64,000 nucleotides of DNA from a bacterium (GTDB taxonomy: Bacteria; Patescibacteriota; Saccharimonadia; Saccharimonadales; SZUA-47). The translations under genes were made by a program, and so were the position numbers. Shown here piece after piece: positions 37,195 through 46,234 of this stretch. The notes under the pieces are model-generated. The model worked only from the letters and a program-made list of their open reading frames with translations. It searched no databases and was not told where the DNA came from. The DNA lies in assembly GCA_009923445.1 (NCBI GenBank), contig RFTN01000002.1:102436-166435 (forward strand). The letters run 5' to 3'. The stretch's first letter is position 1, and the number at the start of each line of letters is the position of its first letter.

Positions 37195-39801
37195 TTAGCG
37201 CCGCTTGCGTGCTGCCTTTTTACGGGTACGTTCTGCCTTACGAACTTTTTTCTTTTGATTATGCTTTTTGGCAACACTAGCTTTTGCAGTACTTGAACTA
37301 ACAAAATCTTGCTCCTCAAATTCAGTCGCATCGAGTATTTTATCGGCATTGTCGACCGAACTACGCGCAGCACGAGTCAGTTCGGTTTCAATTGGTTGGT
37401 CGAGGTTATCAAAGTTTGCAGGTTCAGCACTAAACAAGCTCTTAAGTGTTTCGTGACGCAAGTCTTGCTGCATTTTTTCGAATAAATGCTGGCCTTGTCG
37501 ACGATACTCAACAAGCGGATCACGCTGACCAACTGAAATCCAGTGAATTCCCTCGCGTAAATGATCCATGTTTTCTAAGTGTTGCATCCACAAATTATCG
37601 AGTACCTGCAAATAAACATCACGTTCGACTTTGCGCATTATTTCGCTGCCAAATATATCTTCACGCATTTTGTATGCTTCGAGAGCTTCTTGCTCGAGCA
37701 CTTTTTGGAACTTGCTTGCAGGCTGGTCAAATAATGTATCTAGTTGTGCATCTTCAAACGGAAATACGCTTGCAATAACTTGGTCAAAACCACGCTTAAG
37801 AGAATCCGGTGATTCGACTAATGCACGAACTTCGTCTTTAATAAATTCTTTGATTCGTCCACCAATTTCGGCTTGGTGCAAAATTTCGCGGCGCATGATA
37901 TAGGTAGCTTTGCGGTGACGGTTCATAACATCATCGTATTGAACTACATTCTTGCGCATATCAAAGTTAAAGCCTTCGACTTTTTTTTGCGCTGACTCTA
38001 GACTCTTACTTATAACTCGGTTTTCAATAGGTGTTGCGTCATCAATTTTTAATCGGTTCATAACTGCAGCAATACGATCACCACCAAATATACGCATTAA
38101 ATCGTCTTCGGTACTTACGAAAAACTGCGATTCGCCTGGGTCGCCTTGCCTACCCGAACGACCACGCAACTGATTATCTATACGGCGCGATTCGTGTCGT
38201 TCGCTACCCAGCACAAACAAGCCGCCCAATTTTTTTACATCTTCGTCTAGCACAATATCTGTGCCTCGGCCCGCAATGTTGGTCGCGAGCGTGACAGCAC
38301 CTTTGTGACCAGCTCCAGAAATTATTTTTGCTTCTCGTTCATTATTTTTTGCATTTAGAATTTGGTGTGGAATAGACTCTTTTTTTAATAGGCTGCTGAG
38401 TAGTTCGTTCTTTTCGATAGAAACCGTACCTATGAGTACTGGCTGCCCTTTGGTGTGCAGTACTTTAACTTCTTTGGCAATAGCTTTAAATTTACCAGCT
38501 TCGGTTCGATAAATACGGTCCGAACGGTCAATACGCGTTAACTTACGATTAGCCGGTATCTCAACAACATCAAGTTTATATATCATATGAAATTCTTCGG
38601 CTTCGGTGTTTGCCGTACCAGTCATTCCTGATAGTTTTTTGTACAACCTAAAATAGTTTTGAAAACTGATGGTAGCAAGCGTCATTGACTCTTCTTGTAC
38701 GTCGACACCTTCTTTGGCCTCTATTGCCTGGTGCAAGCCCTCGTTATAGCGCCTTCCAGCAAGCAAGCGACCAGTGAATTCGTCAACAATAACTACTTCA
38801 CCGTCGGCAGTTACGACGTAATCCTTATCTCGCTTAAACAAACCATGCGCTTTTAATGCTTGATCTAGGTGGTAAATGGTTCGAATATTTACGGTGTCAT
38901 ACAAATTTGGAATACCAAGCGCTTTTTCAACAAATTCAATACCTTCATCTGTAAGCACAACTGAACGCCGTTTTTCGTCGACTTCAAAATGAGTATCTTT
39001 TTTTAATTGTCTAGATAGTTTTGCAAATTGTGCATAGGCACTACCGCTTGCCGCAGCACTGGCGCTAATAATGAGCGGCGTACGCGCTTCGTCGATTAAA
39101 ATACTGTCGACTTCGTCAACAATTGCATAGTTTAGCTCGCGCTGGCGCAGTTGGTCGATTTCTCGTACCATGTTGTCTCGCAAATAATCAAACCCGTATT
39201 CGTTGTTTGTGCCGTATGTTATGTCGGCCTTATAAGCTTCTTGGCGTGTAGCAGGTTTTAGGTGTGCGAATCGCTCATCTTCGTGGTCCTTGTTGGTGAA
39301 TGTTGCGTCGTATATAAAAGATTGTTCGGGAATGATAACACCGACACTAAGGCCCAAAAATGTGTATATTTGACCCATCCAACCAGCATCACGCTGTACT
39401 AGGTAATCGTTAACGGTGACTAGGTGCGCACCTTTACCTTGCAATGCATTAAGGTACATTGGTAGAGTGGCTACAAGCGTTTTACCTTCACCAGTTTTCA
39501 TTTCGGCAACTTTACCTTCGTGCAACACCATACCACCGATTAATTGCACGTCAAAGTGACGCATACCGAGTACTCGCCTTGATGCTTCGCGTACAACGGC
39601 AAAAGCATCTGGCAATATAGTATCGAGTGTATCCTTACCTTTTAAGCGCGTACGAAGCACGTCAGTTTGCGAAGCAAGCTGCTTGTCAGACATGGCTTTA
39701 TACTTTTTTTCGAGGCTATTTATGGCTGCAACCCTCTTAGTAAGCCGCTTGAGTGTTTTGACCTGAGGATCACCGAGAATACGCTTGAATGTTTTATTCA
39801 T
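37195..39801 (-). CDS. secA: Preprotein translocase ATPase SecA
   Basis: 868 aa with Walker A MKTGEGKT, the DEAD-like block DEVDSILIDEARTPLI, and TNIAGRGTDI. Confidence 0.96.
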   Translation of the reverse strand: MNKTFKRILGDPQVKTLKRLTKRVAAINSLEKKYKAMSDKQLASQTDVLRTRLKGKDTLDTILPDAFAVVREASRRVLGMRHFDVQLIGGMVLHEGKVAEMKTGEGKTLVATLPMYLNALQGKGAHLVTVNDYLVQRDAGWMGQIYTFLGLSVGVIIPEQSFIYDATFTNKDHEDERFAHLKPATRQEAYKADITYGTNNEYGFDYLRDNMVREIDQLRQRELNYAIVDEVDSILIDEARTPLIISASAAASGSAYAQFAKLSRQLKKDTHFEVDEKRRSVVLTDEGIEFVEKALGIPNLYDTVNIRTIYHLDQALKAHGLFKRDKDYVVTADGEVVIVDEFTGRLLAGRRYNEGLHQAIEAKEGVDVQEESMTLATISFQNYFRLYKKLSGMTGTANTEAEEFHMIYKLDVVEIPANRKLTRIDRSDRIYRTEAGKFKAIAKEVKVLHTKGQPVLIGTVSIEKNELLSSLLKKESIPHQILNAKNNEREAKIISGAGHKGAVTLATNIAGRGTDIVLDEDVKKLGGLFVLGSERHESRRIDNQLRGRSGRQGDPGESQFFVSTEDDLMRIFGGDRIAAVMNRLKIDDATPIENRVISKSLESAQKKVEGFNFDMRKNVVQYDDVMNRHRKATYIMRREILHQAEIGGRIKEFIKDEVRALVESPDSLKRGFDQVIASVFPFEDAQLDTLFDQPASKFQKVLEQEALEAYKMREDIFGSEIMRKVERDVYLQVLDNLWMQHLENMDHLREGIHWISVGQRDPLVEYRRQGQHLFEKMQQDLRHETLKSLFSAEPANFDNLDQPIETELTRAARSSVDNADKILDATEFEEQDFVSSSTAKASVAKKHNQKKKVRKAERTRKKAARKRR

Positions 39802-39917
39802 ATTTTTTGATCAACCTTAAATTTTATATGGTGACATGCTTGCACGTATGTATTACTAGCAAACGTGCATCCACCTAGCGCAGTCATTCAGATATTAGTA
39901 TAGCGTATTGACCCGAC

Positions 39918-40286
39918 TTAGCGCGATAATATTTTACCCAAAAATAGTCGCACTTTTTTTTCTTTTTTGCCAGCCCGTTCACTTATGTGTTTTTCTTTGT
40001 ATTTTTTGATTCTATTGCGCATGGTTGCCTCAGCTATATCTGTTGCTGCAAAGATGTTTAGGGTACTCTCACTTACCGAAATCGTGTCGCCTGTTAGTGA
40101 AAGTGTCATTTCACAGGTAAATTGCCTTTTATTTTTAGTATGTGACTCTTTTAATACAACGCTCATGTGTGCAGACTGGCGGACTTGCCGCGGCACGTAC
40201 TTTTCAAGCTTCGTAACTTTTTTGGTGACATATTTTTTGAGGTCAGCTTGTAGGTCAGTATGCAGTGCGGTAATTTCTAGCTTCAT
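39918..40286 (-). CDS. hpf: Ribosome hibernation promoting factor (short HPF/RaiA type)
   Basis: S30AE-family N-terminal pattern (MKLEITALHTDLQADLKKYVTKKVTKLEKY). ATGA overlap with the serS stop. Confidence 0.85.
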   Translation of the reverse strand: MKLEITALHTDLQADLKKYVTKKVTKLEKYVPRQVRQSAHMSVVLKESHTKNKRQFTCEMTLSLTGDTISVSESTLNIFAATDIAEATMRNRIKKYKEKHISERAGKKEKKVRLFLGKILSR

Positions 40287-41587
40287 AATACTTCTTTGCC
40301 TCCTAAATATTTTTGTAAAACTAGCGGAATAATAATGTGACCATCAGCAGTTTGGAAGTTTTCTATTATAGCAATCATAATACGGCCAAGCGCAAAAGCC
40401 GTAGCGTCGTTTGTATGCATAAGTTCGGTAACACCCGACGCACGCTTAACACGAGTCTGCAGCCGACGCGATTGGTAATCTGTCATGTAATCTGCAGTAT
40501 GCGTTTCACGGTATTTGTTCTGGCCAGGCATCCATATGTTTATATCTATACCTCGGGCATTTGGTTTACCAATATCAAAGGTACATTTTTGCAGTAATTC
40601 GTATGGTAAACCAAGTTGCTGCACTAAATATTCTTGAATTGCTACCAGCAATTTATGTTCATCCAGGCCTGTTTCGGCGGTACTAAACACTTCCATCTCG
40701 AGCTTATCAAACTGGTGCATACGTAAAATACCCTCGGTGTCTTTACCGTAGGTACCTGCCTCGCGTCTAAAACTAGTTAAGTATCCAACATAACGGATTG
40801 GTAATTGAGTTTCGGGCAGTGTCTCGTTCCAGTACATACTGCCCAGTGTGTGCTCAGCACTTCCCTGCAACCACAAGTCGTCTTCGTCGGCACCAACTTT
40901 GTAACGGTCGTCACTCGGCTCCAAACGATCCATGGCATCATATGCGTCGGTTCGTATCATAGCTGGAGGCAAAATTGGTGTAAACGGTTTAGCACTTACG
41001 TTTAGATTATTTTCAGTTATTAGCTGCTGTAATACAGATTCGTTGCCAAGCGTATCAACTACCCACTGCATAATTGCGAACTGCAACTGTACTAACGGGC
41101 CTTTAATATACGCAAAACGACTGCCTGCAATTTTAGCTGCACGATCTTTATCAATAAGGCCACGCGCCTCGGCAATAGCCCAGTGTGACTTTGGTTCAAA
41201 ATCAAAGTGTGGTTTGTCTCCCCACGTTTTAACGACCACGTTTTCTTCTTCGCTACTACCAACCGGCACATCATCGAACGGCATGTTTGGTACTTTTTTA
41301 AGTAGCTCTGTGAGTTCTTGGTCGATTGGTTTTAGTGCATCTTCTATTAACGCTAGATCTTCTTTTACCCGTTTACCCTCGGCAATGTCTTGGTCTGATG
41401 GTCGCCCGCCCTTCATGCGTCCTGCTATTTCGTTACGCTGTGCGCGTAGCACTTCTATCTCAGATAGAAGTTCCTTTCGCTTGCTGTCGAGTGACAAAAT
41501 TTTATCTGCGTCAATTGGGTAGCCCTTTTGGGCTGATTTTTCGGCAACTTGTTTTGGATTGTCTCGAAGTATTTGTATATCTATCAT
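40283..41587 (-). CDS. serS: Serine--tRNA ligase
   Basis: N-terminal tRNA-binding coiled coil (MIDIQILRDNP...) and a class II core (FRREAGTYGKDTEGILRMHQF). Confidence 0.95.
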   Translation of the reverse strand: MIDIQILRDNPKQVAEKSAQKGYPIDADKILSLDSKRKELLSEIEVLRAQRNEIAGRMKGGRPSDQDIAEGKRVKEDLALIEDALKPIDQELTELLKKVPNMPFDDVPVGSSEEENVVVKTWGDKPHFDFEPKSHWAIAEARGLIDKDRAAKIAGSRFAYIKGPLVQLQFAIMQWVVDTLGNESVLQQLITENNLNVSAKPFTPILPPAMIRTDAYDAMDRLEPSDDRYKVGADEDDLWLQGSAEHTLGSMYWNETLPETQLPIRYVGYLTSFRREAGTYGKDTEGILRMHQFDKLEMEVFSTAETGLDEHKLLVAIQEYLVQQLGLPYELLQKCTFDIGKPNARGIDINIWMPGQNKYRETHTADYMTDYQSRRLQTRVKRASGVTELMHTNDATAFALGRIMIAIIENFQTADGHIIIPLVLQKYLGGKEVL

Positions 41588-41625
41588 TAGCTATAGTATA
41601 CATCTGGAACTAAACAGTTAACAGG

Positions 41626-42408
41626 CTATTTTTTATTTTTTATTGCGTCGAGGGTTAACATTGTACGTGCTTTAGCATAGGCACAAAAATCACACTCACC
41701 ACCCATAGCAGCTGTGCCAACGGCCGGCATGTCGCCGTCCATACACTGCTTCATTTTTAGGAGTGTTGGATCTACCCATCCATCATCACCCGTATACGGT
41801 ATAAGTTTTGTAACAAAATCTAAGCGATCGCCAAAGGCGTCAACATCAATTCGAGCGTTAGTATACACAAAGTAACCAGTGTCGCTTACTAACAGTCCAT
41901 TTTGACGCAGCAGCCACTGGTACACCTCTAACTGGCGCTTGTAACTAATTTGCCAATCACTATCAATACTTACCTCTTTATCTTTACTGGTGGCTTTATA
42001 GTCTACAACTATTGCTTCGCCGTCATCGTTTACCCACACATCGTCTATGCCACCAAAAACATGTAAGTTTGTTGGCTTATGCAGCGTAGTGACGCCAACA
42101 AAGGTATTACGCCAATCATCTAGCTGTTGGTGTTGCATCGGCACAGCATTAAGTCCACCAGCTGCCATAATAGGATGCGGTGTTTGAGCTTCGCGGTGTG
42201 TATCGAACTCTTTTTTAAATAGTTCATCGATAGTTTTATTAATGTTAAATGGTGGACTGTTAGGACGAGTAATTTTTAGGCGCACGTCTAACCAGAAACA
42301 TCGCGGACACTGCATAAATAGCTCGATCTTACTACGAGACACCTTGAACGGAGTGGTCTGCCCCACCTTATATGGTTGACTACGTTCCCGCCAATAGTTG
42401 TTTGCCAT
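41626..42408 (-). CDS. PD-(D/E)XK nuclease, Cas4/AddB-like with Cys cluster
   Basis: N-terminal CPRCFW plus C-terminal CDFCAY cysteines, a D...VVDYK catalytic block and QLEVYQWLL. No CRISPR or cas genes nearby. Confidence 0.7.
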   Translation of the reverse strand: MANNYWRERSQPYKVGQTTPFKVSRSKIELFMQCPRCFWLDVRLKITRPNSPPFNINKTIDELFKKEFDTHREAQTPHPIMAAGGLNAVPMQHQQLDDWRNTFVGVTTLHKPTNLHVFGGIDDVWVNDDGEAIVVDYKATSKDKEVSIDSDWQISYKRQLEVYQWLLRQNGLLVSDTGYFVYTNARIDVDAFGDRLDFVTKLIPYTGDDGWVDPTLLKMKQCMDGDMPAVGTAAMGGECDFCAYAKARTMLTLDAIKNKK

Positions 42409-42412
42409 TAAA

Positions 42413-43120
42413 CTATTGTAGCAGTAAAGTAGCGGCCGTGACACAGGCGGTTTCTGCACGCAAGGTAAACTGAGCGATGTTTAGTTTTGTACAATTTTGC
42501 TCAAGTAGTTCTTTTTCGGCATCTGTCCAGCCACCTTCGGGGCCAATAAATACACCGCATGGTTCGGTATTGGCTTTAGTATCCAGCGCACCTTCGTGCT
42601 GTTCAGCATAATACAGCGTCATTTTACCTTTAAATTCATTAATTACAGTCTGTATGCTTAGTGGTTCACGGACACGCGGAATATCGCTTCGGCCACATTG
42701 TTCGGCGGCTTCAGTGACAATTTTTAGTGCCCTACCCTCGTCAAAACCTGTTTTTTCGGTGCGCTCGCTAAGTAGCGGCACGAAGTGGCTCACACCAAGT
42801 TCGGTACATTTTTGTAGGACCCACTCGTTTTTATCTTTTTTTAACATGCTAAAAAATAAATATATTTCACGCTTCGGGTAGACTGGTTCTAGTTCGGTTA
42901 CTAATTCTAGGCCAACACTTTGTTCTTCGAACTTATGTATTTTGTACAGCCTGTCTTCGCCGTCACCATTAAATAAAACAAGTTCGTCACCAACCTTATA
43001 ACGCAATACTCTCGACCACTGATTAACGAGTTCTGGGTCGTTTACCCATACGTGTTGGCGAAGCTGAACCTGGCCAAATTTATCACGCAAGTTTCCGGCA
43101 AAAAATCGATGTAGTTTCAT
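42413..43120 (-). CDS. rsmE: 16S rRNA (uracil1498-N3)-methyltransferase RsmE
   Basis: MKLHRFF start, a PUA-like N-terminal domain, and a SPOUT C-terminal domain with IGPEGGW and LRAETA. Confidence 0.88.
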   Translation of the reverse strand: MKLHRFFAGNLRDKFGQVQLRQHVWVNDPELVNQWSRVLRYKVGDELVLFNGDGEDRLYKIHKFEEQSVGLELVTELEPVYPKREIYLFFSMLKKDKNEWVLQKCTELGVSHFVPLLSERTEKTGFDEGRALKIVTEAAEQCGRSDIPRVREPLSIQTVINEFKGKMTLYYAEQHEGALDTKANTEPCGVFIGPEGGWTDAEKELLEQNCTKLNIAQFTLRAETACVTAATLLLQ

Positions 43121-44379
43121 TACTTTAACTTTAGCACAGCTAGCGATTCGATGTGAGGTGTACGTGGGAAAAAGTTATAGCCTTCAAAAAATGTAATTTT
43201 GTACCCTGCCTCTTGCAGCAGTTTAATATCGCGCGCCTGCGTACTTGGGTTGCATGATAGGTAAGCTATAACCGGTGGCTTAGCCTGAATAAGTCTATTT
43301 GTGACGTAAGCGCCAAGCCCTGCCCTTGGCGGGTCAACAATTACCGCCTCTTTACCTGTTATGTAGTCGAGTGATTTATCTGAACTTGCATGCACAACTT
43401 CGATTGGCTTATTGCCCACGTTAACGGTAGCCATGTCTATGTTTGCAGCATCCAGTTCAACTAATGTCTTAGTATTGCCAATTGGTATTCCTATGCTACC
43501 TACTCCGCTATACAAATCAATCTTTGGAATGTCGCCAATGTGCGCATCTATTTGCTTTACTGCAGATTCGAACACTGGTAGATTTACCTGAAAGAACGAG
43601 AGCACATCGTACATAAGTTCCGTGCCCAACACTAGGTCTGTTAATGTTCGGTCACCTTCGCGTTGTAAAAGTTCGGTCGGTACACTAGCTGGACTTTTGG
43701 GGTTACTATGAAACACTAACAAGCCTTTTAAACTTGCAGGAATAGTAAGCGTTGGAAATCTTTTTGGTTTTACAAAAAGCGCTGCAACCGTATCGCCATT
43801 TTGTGCGGTACGTAAAATTATAGATTTTATATCACCTGCCCGAATTGCTTTTTTGCCAGACGTTAATGTATTTAACTGCGCGACAATATCTGCCACTGCC
43901 GTGTTAATACTGGGCTTAGCAAGCATGCTACCTACTACTTTTGTTTTACCGTGAGACCCTCGTACAAAATGCGCCAAACTAATGCCCTCACTGTCACCCC
44001 AAAAGCCAAATTCCATTTTGCTACGATAAGCCTCGCTTGTGTCGCCACCCACAAAATTAAATTCTGGTAGAGTGATTTTTTCGCGTTCAAAAGTCTCGGC
44101 CAATATGTCTTTTTTAAAAGTATTTTCAGATTCAAAACCCATTATTTGCCACGGGCTTGTTGCTAAATAACTTGCTGGTTCTTTAGGTGCTATACGCTCT
44201 TTACTAGGCTCAATTATCTCTTCGGCAATTGCTTCGGCAAAACCTTTTTTACTTTTTAGCATGCGCAAGCTGACCGTCTCGCCTGGCAGCGCATTCCATA
44301 CAAAAACTTTGCGTCCGTCTGCAAGTGTCGCAAGCCCTTGCCCGCCGTGTACGAGCTTTTCAATTGTTACTTGTTCCAT
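43120..44379 (-). CDS. RNA (uracil-5)-methyltransferase, RlmD/TrmA family
   Basis: TRAM-like N-terminus, SAM motif DLYSGVGSIG, DPPRAG, and the catalytic Cys in YLSCNPSTQARD. Confidence 0.8.
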   Translation of the reverse strand: MEQVTIEKLVHGGQGLATLADGRKVFVWNALPGETVSLRMLKSKKGFAEAIAEEIIEPSKERIAPKEPASYLATSPWQIMGFESENTFKKDILAETFEREKITLPEFNFVGGDTSEAYRSKMEFGFWGDSEGISLAHFVRGSHGKTKVVGSMLAKPSINTAVADIVAQLNTLTSGKKAIRAGDIKSIILRTAQNGDTVAALFVKPKRFPTLTIPASLKGLLVFHSNPKSPASVPTELLQREGDRTLTDLVLGTELMYDVLSFFQVNLPVFESAVKQIDAHIGDIPKIDLYSGVGSIGIPIGNTKTLVELDAANIDMATVNVGNKPIEVVHASSDKSLDYITGKEAVIVDPPRAGLGAYVTNRLIQAKPPVIAYLSCNPSTQARDIKLLQEAGYKITFFEGYNFFPRTPHIESLAVLKLK

Positions 44380-44431
44380 TACCCATAGTCTACACTGTTA
44401 TATCTGTTATTACGAATTTAAAAATACATGA

Positions 44432-44550
44432 GACCGTAGTATTTTAGGCTAGTTGTTTGGAATAAACTAAGCCCGCAAGCAAGCCGTACTAAAGGTACGG
44501 TGCGTGCGGACTGGAGTTTATTACGAAGAAATAGTCAAAATACTACGGTC
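44432..44550. repeat. 119-nt extended palindrome / giant hairpin with 14-bp perfect terminal inverted repeats
   Basis: GACCGTAGTATTTT (44432-45) pairs with AAAATACTACGGTC (44537-50). Inner stems are AATAAACT/AGTTTATT, CCGCA/TGCGG and CCGTAC-taaag-GTACGG. The right arm covers the heliorhodopsin stop codon. A U-rich tract follows on the minus strand. Confidence 0.7.
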
Positions 44551-45511
44551 GTAATGCGCCGGCAAATACCTGCCATGCAAGCAATGATTTAGCAACAAGC
44601 GACAATATCATGTAGACTCGCTCACCATACAAATAGTCTGCCCACTTACCTTTTTTACGGTACTGCAAGTACATATTTATAGCAAAACTGTTAAACAACA
44701 AGAATATACTAAATAGAATATAGTACACGAATGTTGGTGGCCCACCGCCGTCGCCGAACCTGCTCGAGCCTACAATGTAAAACACATATACTATCCAGGG
44801 TGCAATACCGGCTATACAGCCAACAATATAACTAGTCCAATTAATTTTTTCTTTGCCTTGATTAGTGACTTCCATTATTAATCCACAGAGGTTCATAACG
44901 GCCGTAAGCACAAACATAAGAACAAGCGTTCCTATATCGAAAATGCCTGCAAGTAGCGCAATAGCAACCATCATCGTGCTGGCGCTTAAGCTATACTCGT
45001 ACCAACGCACTTTGTTAATACCTTTTTGTAAGTTTGCTTCGTACGTTTTGCGGTAGCGCGTTGCAATAAATAAATGCGCCAACGAACAAATTATGAAGAA
45101 GGCAGCAACAAAACAGGATAGATTAACATCAAACAAACTACGAGTTGCAGATACCAAAACTGGTTTTTCGGCAGTACTTGCTAGTGTATCAAGCGACAAG
45201 AAACTAGTAGTAACGGTCTGAACACCCAAATCTGGTTTTGATAACACTATAATTGCCACTGCCTGTACAGCATGCAGTGCAGCTAAAATAATATTCCAGC
45301 GGAATAGTTTCTCCATTTTAGTTAAGGGAGATTTTACTTTTTTTACTTTACTTGACTGTTGCTTATGGGCAAATTTTGAAGATGCTTTTTGAGTTTTTTG
45401 TACTGGTGCTTTAACATTTTTTTTGGATGTGGTTTTTGAAGATGTCTTAGTTGATGATTTTTTTGGTGTTGGTTTTTTACGTGCAGACGATTTTTTAGTA
45501 GTTGTAGCCAT
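44543..45511 (-). CDS. Heliorhodopsin with Lys/Ser/Thr-rich N-terminal extension
   Basis: 7-TM core with the heliorhodopsin blocks RWYEYSLSAS, GCIAGIAPW, FNSFAINMYLQYRKKGKW and GERVYMILSLVAKSLLAWQVF (Schiff-base Lys). The first 69 residues contain 21 Lys by hand count. Confidence 0.85.
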   Translation of the reverse strand: MATTTKKSSARKKPTPKKSSTKTSSKTTSKKNVKAPVQKTQKASSKFAHKQQSSKVKKVKSPLTKMEKLFRWNIILAALHAVQAVAIIVLSKPDLGVQTVTTSFLSLDTLASTAEKPVLVSATRSLFDVNLSCFVAAFFIICSLAHLFIATRYRKTYEANLQKGINKVRWYEYSLSASTMMVAIALLAGIFDIGTLVLMFVLTAVMNLCGLIMEVTNQGKEKINWTSYIVGCIAGIAPWIVYVFYIVGSSRFGDGGGPPTFVYYILFSIFLLFNSFAINMYLQYRKKGKWADYLYGERVYMILSLVAKSLLAWQVFAGALRP

Positions 45512-45600
45512 GGAATTAGTTTACTCTGTGAGGCTTGTGCTTACAAGGTGTGGAATTAGCTACAAGCATGTTATGACTTTTGTGCAATTAAAGTCTGTAC

Positions 45601-46230
45601 TTAATTTGATGAGATTATAAGGGGGACTGGTAGAAAAGTAGCGAGCGCTGGGTCACTATAAAAACGCATCTCAAACTGCTCTGATGGACCAAAGCTATTA
45701 AAATAGAGCGTACCTTGGTTTGCGTCGCCTGGCGCTAACGGACCGCCGTCATATAACACAGTCCCATTAGGAGAAAACGGTTTATTAACTACTCCTGAGC
45801 TTAGGCTAGTTATATCAAATTGCAAAAACGGTGAAGTCTGTAGAATAATTTGTGAACTATTTGTAATGCGTAAACCAACTGCTAAAACGCCGTTAGCTTG
45901 TGAAACTGACGTTACCGAAATTACATAATCAGCACTTATTGAAGTTGTCGTTTGTGCCTGGTCTTGTGCGCTAGTTTTCTGCCCGCCTGAATCACCACCT
46001 AATGCTTGCTGCGTTTCGTTAGCAGGACCTGTGGCTTGTTTGTTTTGGCTAAGTTTTAGTAGCACACTTTTTGGAACAAATAATCCAACTATTAATATAA
46101 TTGTAATTAATAGTAAAGATGTACCCATAGCAATTGCAACACTAATTTTTAGCTTGTTTTTAGGCGGCCGCAAACCTGAAAATTTATTTTTTGTAAGCAG
46201 TTTAGTATTTATAGACATGGACTCTTTCAT
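45601..46230 (-). CDS. Membrane-anchored extracytoplasmic beta-rich protein (DUF4352-like)
   Basis: One TM helix, a Gln/Thr-rich linker, then about 110 aa of alternating beta-strand pattern. The family assignment is tentative. Confidence 0.5.
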   Translation of the reverse strand: MKESMSINTKLLTKNKFSGLRPPKNKLKISVAIAMGTSLLLITIILIVGLFVPKSVLLKLSQNKQATGPANETQQALGGDSGGQKTSAQDQAQTTTSISADYVISVTSVSQANGVLAVGLRITNSSQIILQTSPFLQFDITSLSSGVVNKPFSPNGTVLYDGGPLAPGDANQGTLYFNSFGPSEQFEMRFYSDPALATFLPVPLIISSN

Positions 46231-46234
46231 AGGG

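Noticed and set aside
37167-37373. 69-codon N-terminal extension of the M16 peptidase ORF. Similar 5' extensions occur on greA, the CHAP hydrolase, the Cas4-like nuclease, the REC at 28465 and the UPF0104 protein.
   Set aside because: The extensions overlap the upstream gene's coding end or promoter elements. They add non-homologous residues ahead of the conserved N-termini, so internal ATGs were chosen.
41626-42408. Cas4 as a marker of a CRISPR-Cas locus.
   Set aside because: There are no repeats, no cas1 or cas2 and no effector genes anywhere in the window. It is a stand-alone PD-(D/E)XK nuclease embedded among rRNA-modification genes.
44461-44522. Small SRP (4.5S) RNA, suggested by the long imperfect hairpin shape.
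   Set aside because: The apical loop is TAAAG/CTTTA rather than a GNRA/GGAA tetraloop. The conserved helix-8 AGCA/GGAA internal loops are absent on both strands.
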